This document shows, piece after piece, positions 11,954-24,972 of a stretch of DNA of 64,000 nt. The notes under the pieces were generated by a model, which saw nothing but the letters and a program-made list of their open reading frames with translations, did no database searches and was not told where the DNA came from. How positions within the stretch are numbered: position 1 is the first letter of the stretch; the number at the start of each line of letters is the position of its first letter. The translations under genes were made by a program, and so were the position numbers. Source of the stretch: Camelus ferus (taxonomy: Eukaryota); NCBI RefSeq assembly GCF_009834535.1, contig NC_045697.1, forward strand, positions 49,726,001 to 49,790,000, read 5' to 3'.

Positions 11954-13202
11954 TAGTGGTTCTGAAAGTATGGTGACTGGCCTCCTGGGGATTCCTGAGG
12001 GCCGTTAGAAAACTACATTCTAATACTAAGACATTACTTGTCTTTTTCAGCGTGTGTAAGACTAACAGTTAAAACTGCTGGCACCTTAGCATGAATCAAG
12101 GCAGTGGCACTGAACTGTATTACACCTGTAGTTTAAAAAAAGAAAGTTTCACTTAAAGTGTCATTGATAAAATTAAAGCAATAAAATTATCAGTTGTATA
12201 AAATCCCAGTCCTTGAAGTCATGTCTTTTTATATGTTTGATGAAATGGGATGTTTTCATCAAGCACTTCTGCAAACTGAAGTTAGGTGATTGTTCTGAGG
12301 AGAAGCTCTTATACAACTGGATTATGAACTGAACTAGTTCCTTTTTTAGTGGCACACTTTTTACTTGAACTGTAGTTTTTCAAACTTGTGTATTTGGTGG
12401 ATATTTTCTCAAATAGGGAAATTAGACACTCATTACAAGGAAGACAGTCAGCAGTGACAAAATTCAAACTTTCATGTAAAAATTAGAATTTTACAAACTT
12501 GTGTTAGCCTTTCTTAGCTTGAAAGCTTCACAGTACCTAAAGACTTTTCTGATAATATGGGTAGTGATGTTAATGTGATTTTTTGATACTGCATATCGGT
12601 TGTGGGCACATTGGGAAGATGTGCATAACTCAGTGAATTGGTATTTTCCAAATGACCAATGCATGAATAAAAGGTCCATTCAAAATGCAAGATAGATCAA
12701 TGGATTTTAATGTAACAGGCAGAAAAGTTCACTGATTAATTTCAGATTCCATGTTGTAGCTAGTGGTTTTTAAGAGTTGTTGAGTTTTGGTGTAGTATCA
12801 GAGAATAATATCCATAATTCTCTGAAAAAGCTGTTAAAATACACCTCCCTTTTCCAACTGCATATTTGTGTAAGGCCAAAGTTTCTTTATATACTTAACC
12901 AAAACTGATTGAATACAGAAACAGATATGAGAATCTACCTATTTTGTGGGAAAATGTAGCCATTTTTCATTCAAATATGTTAGTTATGTTAACATGTAAT
13001 TGGTTGCTATTTTAGAAAGAAGTAAGTATTTAAAAAATCTAAAAAATAAAAAATTTAAAAAGTATTTAAAAAATAAAAGTTTTAATTTATAATATGGTAA
13101 GTATCAATAGATATAATTCACATAAACAAAACCTCTTTGGGATCCTTACTAATTTTTAAGAGTGTAAATGGGTCCTGAAGCCAAAACATTTGAGAACCAC
13201 TG
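11954..13202. mobile_element. Charlie1-like hAT DNA transposon, internally deleted copy
   Basis: Terminal inverted repeats TAGTGGTTCTGAAA ... TTTGAGAACCACTG and Charlie1-like subterminal sequence. Confidence 0.8.
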
Positions 13203-13496
13203 TGGTATGCCTGAGAGTACGTGGCTGAGGAGCCTTGGAGGACAAGGCCATTGGAAGTGAGAAAGGGACGGAGAGCTCAGGGTGTTGGAGGGATTACCAT
13301 TGAATGTGCAGGTCACTAAGATTTAGGACAAAAGTAGAATTGGAAAGAAAGGGAGCCAGTTGAGTGTTAAATAAGGAAGGAACTGTGTTACAGGAAGTCA
13401 CAGCATAGGAAGTCTTCAGAAATAAGGGGATTTGAAAGGTCACAGTGTACTAGAAAGTGTTAGGTTAGCTTACTGGCCTGGAAACTTCTTGATGTA

Positions 13497-13945
13497 CTAG
13501 TTAGGGTAAGGCTAAGTTGCTGTAACAAAAAGTCTCAATAGTAAGTGAACTAAAGGATAGAGTTTATTTATTCTTACCTAACAATTCAAGGTAAGTCATC
13601 CAGTTTGGAAATGAGGCTTTGTTCCATAGGATCACTCCAGGGACAGGTCTTTTCCCATTGCGTTATTTTGCCATGTTTTAGGGCATATAGTCATCAGCTG
13701 AGTTGCTGCCATATCCAGGTTTCAGCTGTTGGAAAGGGAGAAGGGAGCAGGGAGGAGGCATGCCCAGTTGCTTAATATTCAGGCCTAGGAGTGGCACTGA
13801 ATGTTTCTGCTCATATTCTGTTGGTAAGAACTTAGTCACTTGGCTACAGCTAACATTAAGGAAACTGTAGTACAGCTGGGTAATCCTGTGCCCAGGAAGG
13901 AGGAGAGAGCAGATTTTGTTGAACAGCTGTTAGTCTTTGCCACTC
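13497..13945 (-). mobile_element. Ancient ERVL-type LTR (LTR33-like)
   Basis: AGTTAGGGTAAGGCTAAGTTGCTGTAACAAA start; a similar element lies at ~16920-17300. Confidence 0.5.
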
Positions 13946-14404
13946 TTGAAAACAAGGACTATCTTTATTGCGTCCTTTAAAGTATCAGGGACATAGTTGA
14001 TGGTTAATAAACATCAGTGAACTAAAATATAATCTTTATAATATTTAATGCTTAGGGGTTGAAATAGGTAAATGAATTTATCTGAAAATGTCTGAATAGA
14101 AGTTGTCTGCCTGCCATTTAGGTTGAAAATGAATTTAGGGTGTTGTGAGATTAGTTTTTCAGTCTGTACTGCCATCCTTCACAATTCTTCTGTCTTTGAG
14201 GACAAGGTTGTGTTCAACTTGATACAGATGTATAGGTGTTGAAGGGAAAACAGTGAAATGTTATGTTTAGGATCAGTTTACCAAATGAGTTACTGGTTGT
14301 AATCTTTGACCTTGTTCCAGGAGGAGGAGGAAAGACATTTCTTTTTACATTACAAACTTGTCTTCTCTTGCTTCTTATAACTCTTTTTCTCTCCTGGGGT
14401 TTAG

Positions 14405-14524
14405 GCACCTTGTTGTGACAAGCTGTATACTTGCCGGTTGTGTCATGATAAACATGAAGATCATCAGCTAGATCGCTTTAAAGTAAAGGAAGTGCAGTGC
14501 ATAAACTGTGAAAAAATTCAACAT
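14405..14524 (+). CDS. RCHY1: RCHY1 exon 2 (CHY zinc finger)
   Basis: APCCDKLYTCRLCHDKHEDHQLDRFKVKEVQCINCEKIQH; AG/GT boundaries; 120 nt. Confidence 0.96.
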
Positions 14525-14759
14525 GTAAGATTTTATCACATATTTCTATTATCTTTTAAAAAATTTTTTACTAAGGTGGTTTAAGAAATTTAAAAGTATT
14601 GTAAATAAGACTTATTTAACTCTTAAAGTAGCAATATCTTGGATTTAAATGTTTTCAAAGTTATAAAGATAAAACATGTTAACAAAAATTCTGGATATTC
14701 AAATAGTAATTCAAAATGTTTTGATACATTTATTCTAATTTTTTAGTTTTTTTTTTTAG

Positions 14760-14875
14760 GCACAACAGACTTGTGAAGAATGTAGCACATTGTTTGGAGA
14801 ATATTATTGCAGTATATGCCATCTATTTGACAAGGACAAGAAACAGTATCATTGTGAAAACTGTGGAATTTGTAG
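14760..14875 (+). CDS. RCHY1: RCHY1 exon 3
   Basis: AQQTCEECSTLFGEYYCSICHLFDKDKKQYHCENCGICR; AG/GT; 116 nt. Confidence 0.96.
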
Positions 14876-15639
14876 GTACTGTATGTAAAATGTCCTTTCC
14901 TAATTACTTGTAATATATCTGAGCAATACAGTTTTTAAAATCAAACTTAATTGGAATATAATTGCATCTTATAAAGTGCATTCATTTTAAGTGTCCAGTT
15001 CTGTAACTTTTGACAAATACATATCCTGTGTTATTACCAACACAAGATTAAAAAATTTCCATTATTCTAAAAAGTTTTTTTATGCCTCTTTTGCAATAAT
15101 CATTTAACTAGCCCATCAACAATTTAAAATGTATTTAAAATTTTAACTTTGGGGTAGAAAGTATGCTTTTATATGAAGTGTTTTGTCGGCAACTAAGGTA
15201 GAAAGTTAGGGCAGATTTTTCCTTTTTATAAATTACTTCTTGAAAAAATATCAGAAATTTTGATAAAGTCAATTCAGGCTTAAAAATTGGAAAATACAGA
15301 AAAGTAGAAAGAATAGAAAATGAACCAACCTGCAGTCCAACCGCTCACTGACAAGCTGCTACTGGCATGTTGGTATATTGGAACTTTTTTCTTTCTAAAA
15401 ATCCTGAAGTGTTAGATATATACAAAAGCGTATATGTAACATATGTGTGTTTTAAAGTATGCTAGTACAACAGGCCACTCATTTTAGGAAATGGAGTGTT
15501 GCTGTTGGAGCTCTAAGTGTTCTATGTCAGTCCTTTCTCCTTGTTCCCATTGGAGAATTTTAAATCACTTTCTTTCAGTTTGCAAGGAAGAATAAAAAAA
15601 CATACCAAAAGATGTAGAAATCATAAGCAAACAACTGTT

Positions 15640-16585
15640 TCTAGTTTTTATCTAGAAGTTTAATTTGGGTCTTTTTTATATCTTTCATGTCTATACTATT
15701 TGAGGTTATGGAATATGGTTATAATAATTGGTTTAATGTCCTTCTCTGCTAATTCTAACATCTGTGTCATTTCTGAATTAATTTTGATTGATTGACTATT
15801 CTTTTCTTTTTGGGTTAGGTTTTCCTGCCTCTTTGCATGCCTGGTCATTGTCGATTGGACACCAAGCATTGTGATTTTTACCATGTTGGGTGCTGAATAT
15901 TTTTATATTCCTATAAGTTTTTTTGAGCTTTATTTTGTGATGCAGTTAAGTTACTTGGAAACAGTTTGGAACTTTTGGGACTTGCTCTTATAATTTGTTA
16001 GATGGATCTGGAGGTGTGCTTGTTCTAGGAGTAATCATTCCTCACTACTGAGGCAGTACCTTCCAAGTACTCTACCTGATACTCCATGAATTCTAAGGTT
16101 TTCCAGTCTGACTTATGGAAATAAGCACTGATCCTGGCCATGTGTGAAAGGCGAGCACTGTGCCTTTAGTTCCCTTGAATGATTCTTTCCCTGGCCTTGG
16201 GTGGTTTCGCACATGCATGCACTGATGTGTATCCTGCTAAACTTGAGAGGTTCCTCCGTGCAGCTCTGCCCTCTCTCGTACTCTGTCCTGTGAACTCCAG
16301 CTGCTTTGGTTTCCTTGGACTCTCAGTTCATCTTCTCAATCAGGAAGTCTTCCTGGCTCTGCCTCACCTCCTCCAGCTTGTCCTACTACCTGAAAATGCT
16401 CTAGGCAATAAGCTGGGGCGGTTGTAGGGTTCACTTAATTTGTTTCCTGTATCTCACAGATCCTTGTCTTTCATTGCCTGATGTTCAGTGAAACTTGTTT
16501 CGTAGATCTTGTTTGGGTTTTGTGGTTGTTTTAGGGAGGAGGGTAGATCCAGTCTCTGTCTGTTATTCTATCTTGGGCAGTAGTG
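15640..16585 (-). mobile_element. Old L1 5'/ORF1-region fragment
   Basis: Minus-strand ORF ...TRHAKRQENLTQ...EMTQMLELAEKDIK resembles an L1 ORF1 N-terminus. Confidence 0.65.
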
Positions 16586-17597
16586 AAAAGCTTCCCTGCA
16601 GGGTTTTACCTGTGGAACTTGATAGGCTGATTGTAAATTTCATCTGGAAGAGAAAATTCACAGCTAAGCAGATTTTGAAAAGGAAGAAAAAGGAGGGGAT
16701 TGCCTTTGCACGTTTCAAAACATGGTAAAGTTACAGTAATTTGAACGGTGTGTTCTTTGTGAAAGAATAGACATTGATAAAGGGAAAAACACTTTGTGTA
16801 TATACATTCACATATTTATAAATATGAATTTATAAGAAGTGATATTTCAAATCAGGGGAAAGGACATTAAGGTAATTAATTACCATTTGGGAAACAAAAA
16901 TTGATTGCTAAAACTGTGCATTCATTAGAATACGTTTTTAGTGTGTTGCAACAGAAACCCAAATTAACAAGTGGCTCAAGAAAGACAGAAGTTTATATTT
17001 CTCATGGAAAAATCTGAACCATGTAGTTATTTTTTTTGCCTGGCCGTCCATAAGATATTTTCTTGTCTGCATGGTTTAAAAGACCTCATATTCTGGTCAG
17101 TGGAAAGGGGAAAATAGGTGAAAGAAAGTTATACTCTTTTCTCCTGAGGGCACAGAATAGAATTTTCATTTGTATCTTCTGTTCACAACCTCCAGAGAAG
17201 TTAGAAAATAGTCTTTATTCAGGTAGCCCTGTGCCTAGCTAAATGTTCTGTTGTTGTCCAAGAAGGGGATAAAATAAATTTGGGGACAACTAGCAATCTC
17301 ATGTTTACTGTACATACTACATTTCAAATGGATGGAAACAAAATATAAAAATTAAAAGTCATAGTATTAGAAGTGTATATGTTTATGACCTATAGGTTTC
17401 AAAAGTTTTTCTAAAACAAGAGGCAGGAGCATAAGCCATAAAGGAGAGTATCATTGGCTTTTTATTACACAGGCATTAAAATGGCTGTATGACAAAACAT
17501 ACCAAAAAAAAAAAAGATGATATACCAGAAAAGTAATTGTAGCATATGCAAATGAAAAAAATTAATACCCAAGATATGTAAAGAGTTCCTTTAAATT

Positions 17598-18273
17598 AGG
17601 TTCCTCAAAAAACTAAAAATATAACGACCACATGCTCTTCTGTTCCTGGGTAACATATCTGAAAAAAATGAAAACACTAATTCAACAAAGGCACCCCAAT
17701 GTTCATAAACAGCATTATTTACAGTAGCCAAGATATGGAAGCAACCCAAGTGTACACCAACAGATGAATGGTTAAAGAAGATGTATTATTGTGTATATAC
17801 ATACACATATACACAGAGACACAAAATGGAATGTTACTCAGCTATAGAAAACAGTGAAATTCTGCCATTTACAATGCCATGGATGGACCTACAGAATATG
17901 CTTAGGAAAAGTCAGAGAAAGACAAATGATGTATGTTATCGCTTACATGTGGAATCTAAAAACTAAAAGAAACGAATGTATATAACAAAACAAAAACCAA
18001 CTCACAGATACAGAAAACAAATTAGTGGATACCAAGTGGTGAGAAAGATGGGAGGGAGAGATAAGATACAGGGGTAGGTGATTAAGAGATACAGACTCCT
18101 ATGCATAAAATAGATAAGCAGCAAGAATATATGGTACCGCACAGGAAAACATAACCATTACTTTGTAATAACTCTAAATAGAGTATAATTTATAAAAATA
18201 TTTGATCACTATGCTCTACACTTGAAACTAATATGATATTGTAAATCAGTTACATACTTCAATTAAAAAATAA
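17598..18273 (+). mobile_element. 5'-truncated L1 3' end with an 18-bp TSD, nested in an older L1
   Basis: TSD AAAGAG(T/C)TCCTTTAAATT at 17580-17597 and 18274-18291. Confidence 0.85.
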
Positions 18274-19096
18274 AAAGAGCTCCTTTAAATTGATTAAAAG
18301 ACAAATACCCTAGTAGAAAAATGAACCGGGTACATGAATAGAAAATCCACAAGAGAAATCCAGATAGTTCATAAACATTAAAATGTGCTCTGTCTCATTT
18401 GAAAAATACAAATTAAAATGACGTTTTTTAGTGGTCTGTCATATAGGTAACCAGTGTTGGCTAGGAGTGGGGAGCATGGGTGCTGTCACGCACTGTTGTG
18501 GAAGTATAAGTTAGTATATCTTTGGAGGTCGGTTTGGCAGTATAAGAACTGATGATGCAGTGCCCTCTGACTCCATAGTTTCACTTTTAGGAAACTTATA
18601 AAAATCATCAACATATAGGTTAAGTGATGTGTGTATATGGATATTTATTATATATTGTATTAACTAAAGATAGTAAAGTATATAATAAAGGAATACTAAA
18701 AAATTATGACATATCCATACCATGTAGTACAATGTAACTATAAAGAAGAATGAGGTCATATGTAGTCATTCATAGAATACTCTTCAGGAAAGATTGTGAA
18801 GTGGAAAAAATGTTTCAGAACAGGATGTGTAGAAAGAATCCATTTATGTAAAAAATAAAACCCTAAGTGTGTATGTATGTATATATATGTGCAATTTTGT
18901 AGTAAAAACATGGAAGAGTAGATACCATTCTGTTTATAGTGCTTACATTTGGGGAGTGATGTTGGGAAGGTAGGGGTGTACCTCATATTCCTCAGTGTGG
19001 TTTGAACTTTCTTTACAGTGAAACTGAACCTTTGTAATGAACAAATCACTGTAGTAAAAAACGAATCTAATCTTTAGTTTTTCATGTATTTTTTAG

Positions 19097-19175
19097 GATT
19101 GGTCCAAAGGAAGATTTTTTCCACTGTTCGAAATGTAACTTATGCCTCGCTATGAATCTCCGAGGAAAGCACAAG
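19097..19175 (+). CDS. RCHY1: RCHY1 exon 4
   Basis: IGPKEDFFHCSKCNLCLAMNLRGKHK; AG/GT; 79 nt. Confidence 0.95.
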
Positions 19176-20139
19176 GTATATAATTCAGTTTGTGAGATTT
19201 GAAAAGTATTACAATGTTTTTGAAAACAGCTTAAATCCTAATTTGTTTAAAAGCATGCTAATTATCAGATATTACCAAGCTCAACTGTATTGCTTTTTAT
19301 TTTTAAGCATTATTAAGAAGTAGATGTTCTAAAGTATACACCTCAGAATTTCTGGTCTACAGTTCCTTTTCTTTATAGGTGTAAGAATGCTTATATCAAT
19401 TATTAGTAAATGTAGACAACTTCTAAATTAGCTTATGGTACTGGTTTTAAGAATAGCTTTCAAAATGTCTAGTACAGGAGAAATACAGAGCAGTGTAACC
19501 TTTTGTTAGCACAGCATTCCAAGAAAATTCAGTATTTCTTTCATAATTAGACAGAAATACTTTTAATTTGGATGTAGCTGTTGTATCATGATCCCAGGCC
19601 CTTTAAAAATTATTTTTCATTATTTAGGAAAAAATCTAATAAACTGTCATTTATATTACTGATTCTATCCAGTAATTTACAGAATGGAGAGACTAATGAG
19701 GGTTTTTAAAAAATAGATACTAGATAATAATGTGCCTAAAATCCTAAAGTGGTGAGAGAAATTGAGTTGAGTAATGAACATATGGGATATGGTGACAAGG
19801 TATGAAGGAGAAAGAACGGGGCTGAATAAAGATGACTCCCAAGGTTTTTAGCCCTGGCTTAAAGTACTTGATTAATAGATTGAAATTTGTAGAAGATACA
19901 AGATTGAGTTGGGTTTTACAGACTTGAGTTTGGGGTGATAGCAAGATATGCCATGCTGTCTTTAGGAAACTATATTTACTTTCTCTTGTGGTGTTTTTAT
20001 TTGATTTCTCAGTTGTTTTTTACTGTCTATGTTAGTAAATGGTCCTACATCTACTTAAGTGCTTAAAAAAACCTGGGCATCGTCCATAGTTTGGTGCTTT
20101 CTTTTATCTCCCCACACCTAATCAGACACTGTCTTGTGA

Positions 20140-20370
20140 AGTTAAGAATGCAGGCCATGGGTGCAGACTGTTGGTGCTCAAATTATATTTTTACCTCTTG
20201 CTAGTGTGTAATTTTGGGAGTTATTTAGCTTCTCTGGGCCTCAAATACCTCACCTGTAAAATGGGGTAATAATTGTACCTGTTTCATTTAGAGTTGTGGG
20301 AATTAATGAGCTAATGCTGGTATTAAACTTGATATATGGCATGTAGTAAAAACTCTGTAATATGAACTGT
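20140..20370 (+). mobile_element. MIR SINE
   Basis: CCTCACCTGTAAAATGGGGTAATAAT core. Confidence 0.7.
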
Positions 20371-20733
20371 TACTATTAATAGCATTATTAAGCAGTTTAG
20401 CTTTAGAGTAAAAGACATATAAAATAAAAGGGTTCCAAACATTGTTATCTCTGAATGTTTGGTAAATCTTGGCTCAACTAAATTTCCTTATCTGTAAAAT
20501 AAAGATAATTTGAATAAGGTGTAATAAGCAATTTCATTGTTTCAGGTAATGTGCAAAGCCTGAAATAGTTGTGAGTTTATCAGTCAGTTCTTGTCTGATG
20601 TATAAGAAACATGCATTAATGTTAATAATTACTATCTTTAGTAAGTTGATACTGTTTCCATTGTTAGTTTTTATTAGTTACATCATTTCCATCTAGTTAA
20701 GCTTGTGGTAATTTTAGTTTCCGTTTTGAACAG

Positions 20734-20778
20734 TGTATTGAAAATGTTTCCCGGCAGGATTGTCCAATATGTTTGGAG
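20734..20778 (+). CDS. RCHY1: RCHY1 exon 5 (start of the RING-H2 domain)
   Basis: CIENVSRQDCPICLE; CAG/GTAAGC; 45 nt. Confidence 0.95.
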
Positions 20779-20884
20779 GTAAGCTTAAAGTATTTTTTGC
20801 TTTGGAAATATCCTCTCTTGAATTTGAAATACTGGGTATTTATATTGTCTTCATGTAAGCACTAATGTTTGTTTACTTTTACAG

Positions 20885-20943
20885 GACATTCACACATCCC
20901 GTATTGTTGCTCATGTCTTGCCATGTGGACATCTTCTACATAG
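20885..20943 (+). CDS. RCHY1: RCHY1 exon 6
   Basis: DIHTSRIVAHVLPCGHLLHR; CAG/GTAAAG; 59 nt. Confidence 0.95.
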
Positions 20944-21032
20944 GTAAAGTAACCTGTATTTTTCCTCAAAAATGTTTGAAAATAGTGGAGATACTTTTTG
21001 CTTTACTAAAATAATATTATGTTTACTTTCAG

Positions 21033-21059
21033 AACGTGTTATGAAGAAATGTTGAAAGA
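21033..21059 (+). CDS. RCHY1: RCHY1 exon 7 (27-nt microexon)
   Basis: TCYEEMLKE; TTTCAG/GTGAGT. Confidence 0.93.
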
Positions 21060-21644
21060 GTGAGTATGTGATGGGATTTAAAAAAATTGTAATTGTAAGA
21101 TGTCCGTTTTCTTTTTTATTTTTCTTGAGAGGAGGAAGAAATAGGCAAACCTTGCAGTTACTTATACCATACTGGATATGGCACATATATTTCTCAAGAT
21201 AGGTAGGGTAGATGAGTGGTGTTAAATTGGAGAAAGCTTGTTGGGGGGTGTGGGACTGCACCATTGTTCCCATGTTTCTATTATGCCTTGTCTCATCCCA
21301 CAACTTGAGACAGATTCCTCTTATTTTCTGGCTGTGCTTACTGGGGAGTTCAGTCTTTGCCAGTGGCAGTCATAGTGTTGTAAAAAGTAAAGATGCTGAG
21401 GCATGTTGTGCAAAATTCTGAGTTATGTTGGCCAAGTATAATGATGTGCAAAAAAATCTGATAACAAGATTTAGTTAATGCTGACTTTATCGTGGGGAAG
21501 GGATGGTAAAATGAGATGCAAATAGGAAAGAGGAGACTGTGTAAATGTGTTTTGCTCCTGCAAATTAATGAGCAGAAATTTTAATTTTATTTAAGAGCCT
21601 GATAAAAGGAAACTTTTTCTGAAGTTTTAGAAAGGAAGTAATAT

Positions 21645-21750
21645 AGGGGGTGGGTATAGCTGAGTGGTAGAGCACGTGCTTAGCATGCATGAGATTCTGG
21701 GTTCAATCTCCGGTACCTCTAATTAAAAAAAAACAAAGGAGCAAAAAATC
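21645..21750 (+). mobile_element. tRNA-derived SINE (camelid Vic-1-like) in RCHY1 intron 7
   Basis: GGGTATAGCTGAGTGGTAGAGC A box, GGTTCAATC B box, A-rich tail, 17-bp TSD TAGAAAGGAA(G/A)TAATAT. Confidence 0.85.
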
Positions 21751-22144
21751 TAGAAAGGAAATAATATGATCTGAATTAAGTTTTAAGGAATGCAGTCTCT
21801 TCTTTGACTGAATATATTAAGAAATTAAGGTTGTTTAGCTAAAAAGCAGTTTAATTGGTTTTTAAAATATATTGAGTGTATTCTACAAAGAGCATAGAAT
21901 AATTTCTCTCTATTTTAGAGAACTGAGGGAAAAAAGGTAGATTTTAAAAAGTACCCTATGATCAGGATTTAATAGAAAACTTTTATAGTATAAAGTTCCC
22001 AGGTTTGTAATGGATTATCTTAAAATATAGAATAATGCCCTGTCTTGGATGGTTTGTGTACCAGTTAGCATGTGTCTTCTTGTTTGCCTGAGTTGATATA
22101 CTCTCCATTTAATGTTTGGAAAATAACTCTTCTGTCTTTTCTAG

Positions 22145-22265
22145 AGGCTACAGGTGTCCATTATGTATGCACTCTGCTTTAGATATGACTAGGTACTGGA
22201 GGCAGCTGGATGATGAGGTAGCACAGACTCCTATGCCATCAGAGTATCAGAACATGACTGTGGAT
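22145..22265 (+). CDS. RCHY1: RCHY1 exon 8
   Basis: GYRCPLCMHSALDMTRYWRQLDDEVAQTPMPSEYQNMTVD; TAG/GTGAGT; 121 nt. Confidence 0.95.
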
Positions 22266-23129
22266 GTGAGTAGAATCAGTGCTTAAAACTATTCAGGTTC
22301 CTTGTTGCTGTTCATGTTTATTTTTGCCCCTTTGCTCAAGTCTGTCTGAAAAATACTGTTTTGGCATAGATGCCAATGTGGTGATTACTGGAAGGACAAA
22401 ATAATCTTTAAATTTTAGTTAACTGTGAACTTAAAAGACGAAAAAGAAAAATCAAAGAATACCTTTGTGGCAATTCTTCCCAACACTAGATGGCAGGCAA
22501 AACTTTATTCTAAATTATTTACACATTACTTAGCAGAGTCAGTAATGTAACTGAGTACAGGTGGATTACTGATCTGATATTTTATTTTAATTATGTTTTA
22601 ATTTTAATTATTTAAAATTTTATTTCAGGCAAACATGTTTGTGGATTTTGTTTTTGAAGGTTAATTTTGGTTTTTAATGTTTATTGTCCTTTTTATTCTA
22701 AGACTTTTAAAACCTGGTCTTAGTCTGCAACCTAACATAGAAGTATTTCTTTGCCATTTGCCTTATGGAGAATGATCATCTTTTCTCCATTAACTGAAAT
22801 GTGCTGTTGTTTAGTCTCAGCCTAGTGATTGAATTATAGATTAGAATTGAAAAGTAGATAGCTGTCTGGTGCTTTAATAATTTTTGGACATATGAATTTT
22901 CAAAACACCTTTAGTTGAAACACTTTTACACAAAAGGGTAAAAACCACTTAACAAAGCCAAATAAAAATTATTTTTTGTTTCATTCACACTGGAGCATTT
23001 CGTAAGTCATGTGGATAATTGAATTGTTGGTAGAGTCAATGAAAGATGGCTTTTGTAGTACTAACTGATAATCATGTGATGTTTTACTGGAGGCTGTAGA
23101 GTGCCAAGTCCTCTTTAGATCATTTTTTA

Positions 23130-23730
23130 AAAGACAGCTTTTATTGAGATATAATTCACATACCATATGACTCATCCATTTAAAATGTACAATTCAGTGC
23201 TTTTTAGTATACTGGAGTTTTGCAACATAACCACCATTAATTTTAGAATATTTTTTCACCCCAGAAGGAAACCCTGTACCCATTAGCAACCATTCCTCAA
23301 TCCCCTAGTTCTAGGCAATGACCAGTCTACTTTCTGCATTTAGATCATATTCTTAAAAGAATTATTTTCCAAATTATAATTTATAGCAAATTTGGACATT
23401 TTCTACTTATTACGGTGTGACTATTCTAAAGCTAGTACTTTTCTTACATAGTAATGTATTGATCTATTTTAGGTTTTTTTTTTTTTTTTATTCTAATACA
23501 GTCAATTACAATGTGTCTTTCTCTGGTGTACAGCACAATATCCCAGTTATGCATATACATACATATATTCATTTTTCCATTAAAGGTTATTACAAGATAT
23601 TGAAGATAGTTCCCTGTGCTATACAAAAGTAACTTTGAAAAAAAAAATCTATTTTTCTATATGATGACTAACATTGGTAAATCTCAAACTTCTGAATTTA
23701 CCCCTCCCACCCACTTTTCCTGGTAACCTA
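23130..23730 (-). mobile_element. Two L1 3'-end fragments (old ~23130-23340; younger ~23473-23730)
   Basis: TTTATTGAGATATAATTCACATACC; poly-T followed by a lineage-specific L1 3' UTR. Confidence 0.75.
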
Positions 23731-24316
23731 TAAATACGTTCAGGTTAATACCTTTTTTATTTTTGGGGATCTCAGTACTAGAAGAGATTAATTCCTACAT
23801 GGCATCTTGTTATTTTAGGGATGAGCTGAAAGCTTGTCTGTTCAACTTTAGAAAATACTCTTTTGGACTGTAATTCATTCTTGAGGCATGGAAGATTAGG
23901 AATTTAGTATATTAAAGAGTGAGCAAAAATACTATATGTAAAAATTTGTTTTATTAATTAAGATAATTTTCTCAGTGTCAATGAAAAATAATGAAATCAT
24001 ATGTAATTTGTATAGGTGTTGATCTGATTATGCCTATGTTAATTTTTGTGCTGGTACTATTTATAATATTTGGGAACTATTTTAAAATAAGACTTCTTGG
24101 CTCAAATTTACGTTTTCATTTTCTAAATTCAAAGCTGCCTTAATAGCCTCTTAGAGTTTTCAGTGAACGAATAAAAGATATATCTATTTATGGAAATATT
24201 TAGACTTTTAAATGTGTGTTTTCACATCTTCAGTGTGATTTTTAAGAAATTATTTTGAGCAGACAGTGCCACTTTATAAGGTTTAATACACTTAATTTGA
24301 ATTCATCTCTTTTCAG

Positions 24317-24445
24317 ATTCTTTGCAATGATTGCAATGGAAGATCTACAGTCCAGTTCCATATATTAGGCATGAAATGTAATATTTGTGAATCCTACAAT
24401 ACTGCTCAGGCTGGAGGATACAGAATTTCACTAGATCAGCAATGA
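24317..24445 (+). CDS. RCHY1: RCHY1 exon 9 coding part with stop codon; total CDS 786 nt = 261 aa
   Basis: [48 protein letters not shown] acceptor; exon lengths sum to 786. Confidence 0.96.
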   Translation: MLCNDCNGRSTVQFHILGMKCNICESYNTAQAGGYRISLDQQ

Positions 24446-24966
24446 CCAGCCTACACTACACTGGAAAACTCAGCATTTTCTGATACAGAAAAAGGCTATC
24501 TTTAGTATCCTGTTGTCATAATGTGTCAGAATCTATGCATTAGTGTTGATGTGTTTTGTACTAGTGTCACAGCATAAACTCATATTACAAGACTTAAGGA
24601 TTCAGGGTCTCTTTATAGGATTATCATAGCTCTATATTAATTGAAAGCCTCTGTGCTTGTGTTTTGATTGGGAATTCCTTTGGTGTCGGTTGTTTGGAAG
24701 TCAGTGATGTTTGCCACTGAAATTCACATCCATAGACATATATTATACTTCCATGGAACTTTAAGTGACACTATGCACACAGAATTCGTTTCTAGTTCTT
24801 GATAGAACTGTACTTAATTCTCAGTATTATTCTTGACTTCTTAAGGGCTGTGCTGTAATGAGAATATGTTCTACCTTACTGTTAAAATCTAATTACATAT
24901 ACTTTAGAATTTTCTAAGGCAGTCCTTTGGAACCTGTAAATGTGAATTCTGATGTTAATAACTGCT

Positions 24967-24972
24967 AATAAA
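24967..24972 (+). terminator. Candidate proximal polyadenylation signal of RCHY1
   Basis: AATAAA ~520 nt after the stop codon, followed by a GT/T-rich tract. Confidence 0.6.

Noticed and set aside
21646..21720. tRNA-Ala-like sequences (also at 34540 and 63209)
   Set aside because: Imperfect stems, A tails and TSDs indicate SINE copies, not tRNA genes
19097..24445. RCHY1 residues differing from remembered human sequence (FHCSKC, RQDCPIC, GGYRIS)
   Set aside because: Zinc-ligand Cys/His residues appear intact; ordinary divergence, and the comparison is from memory
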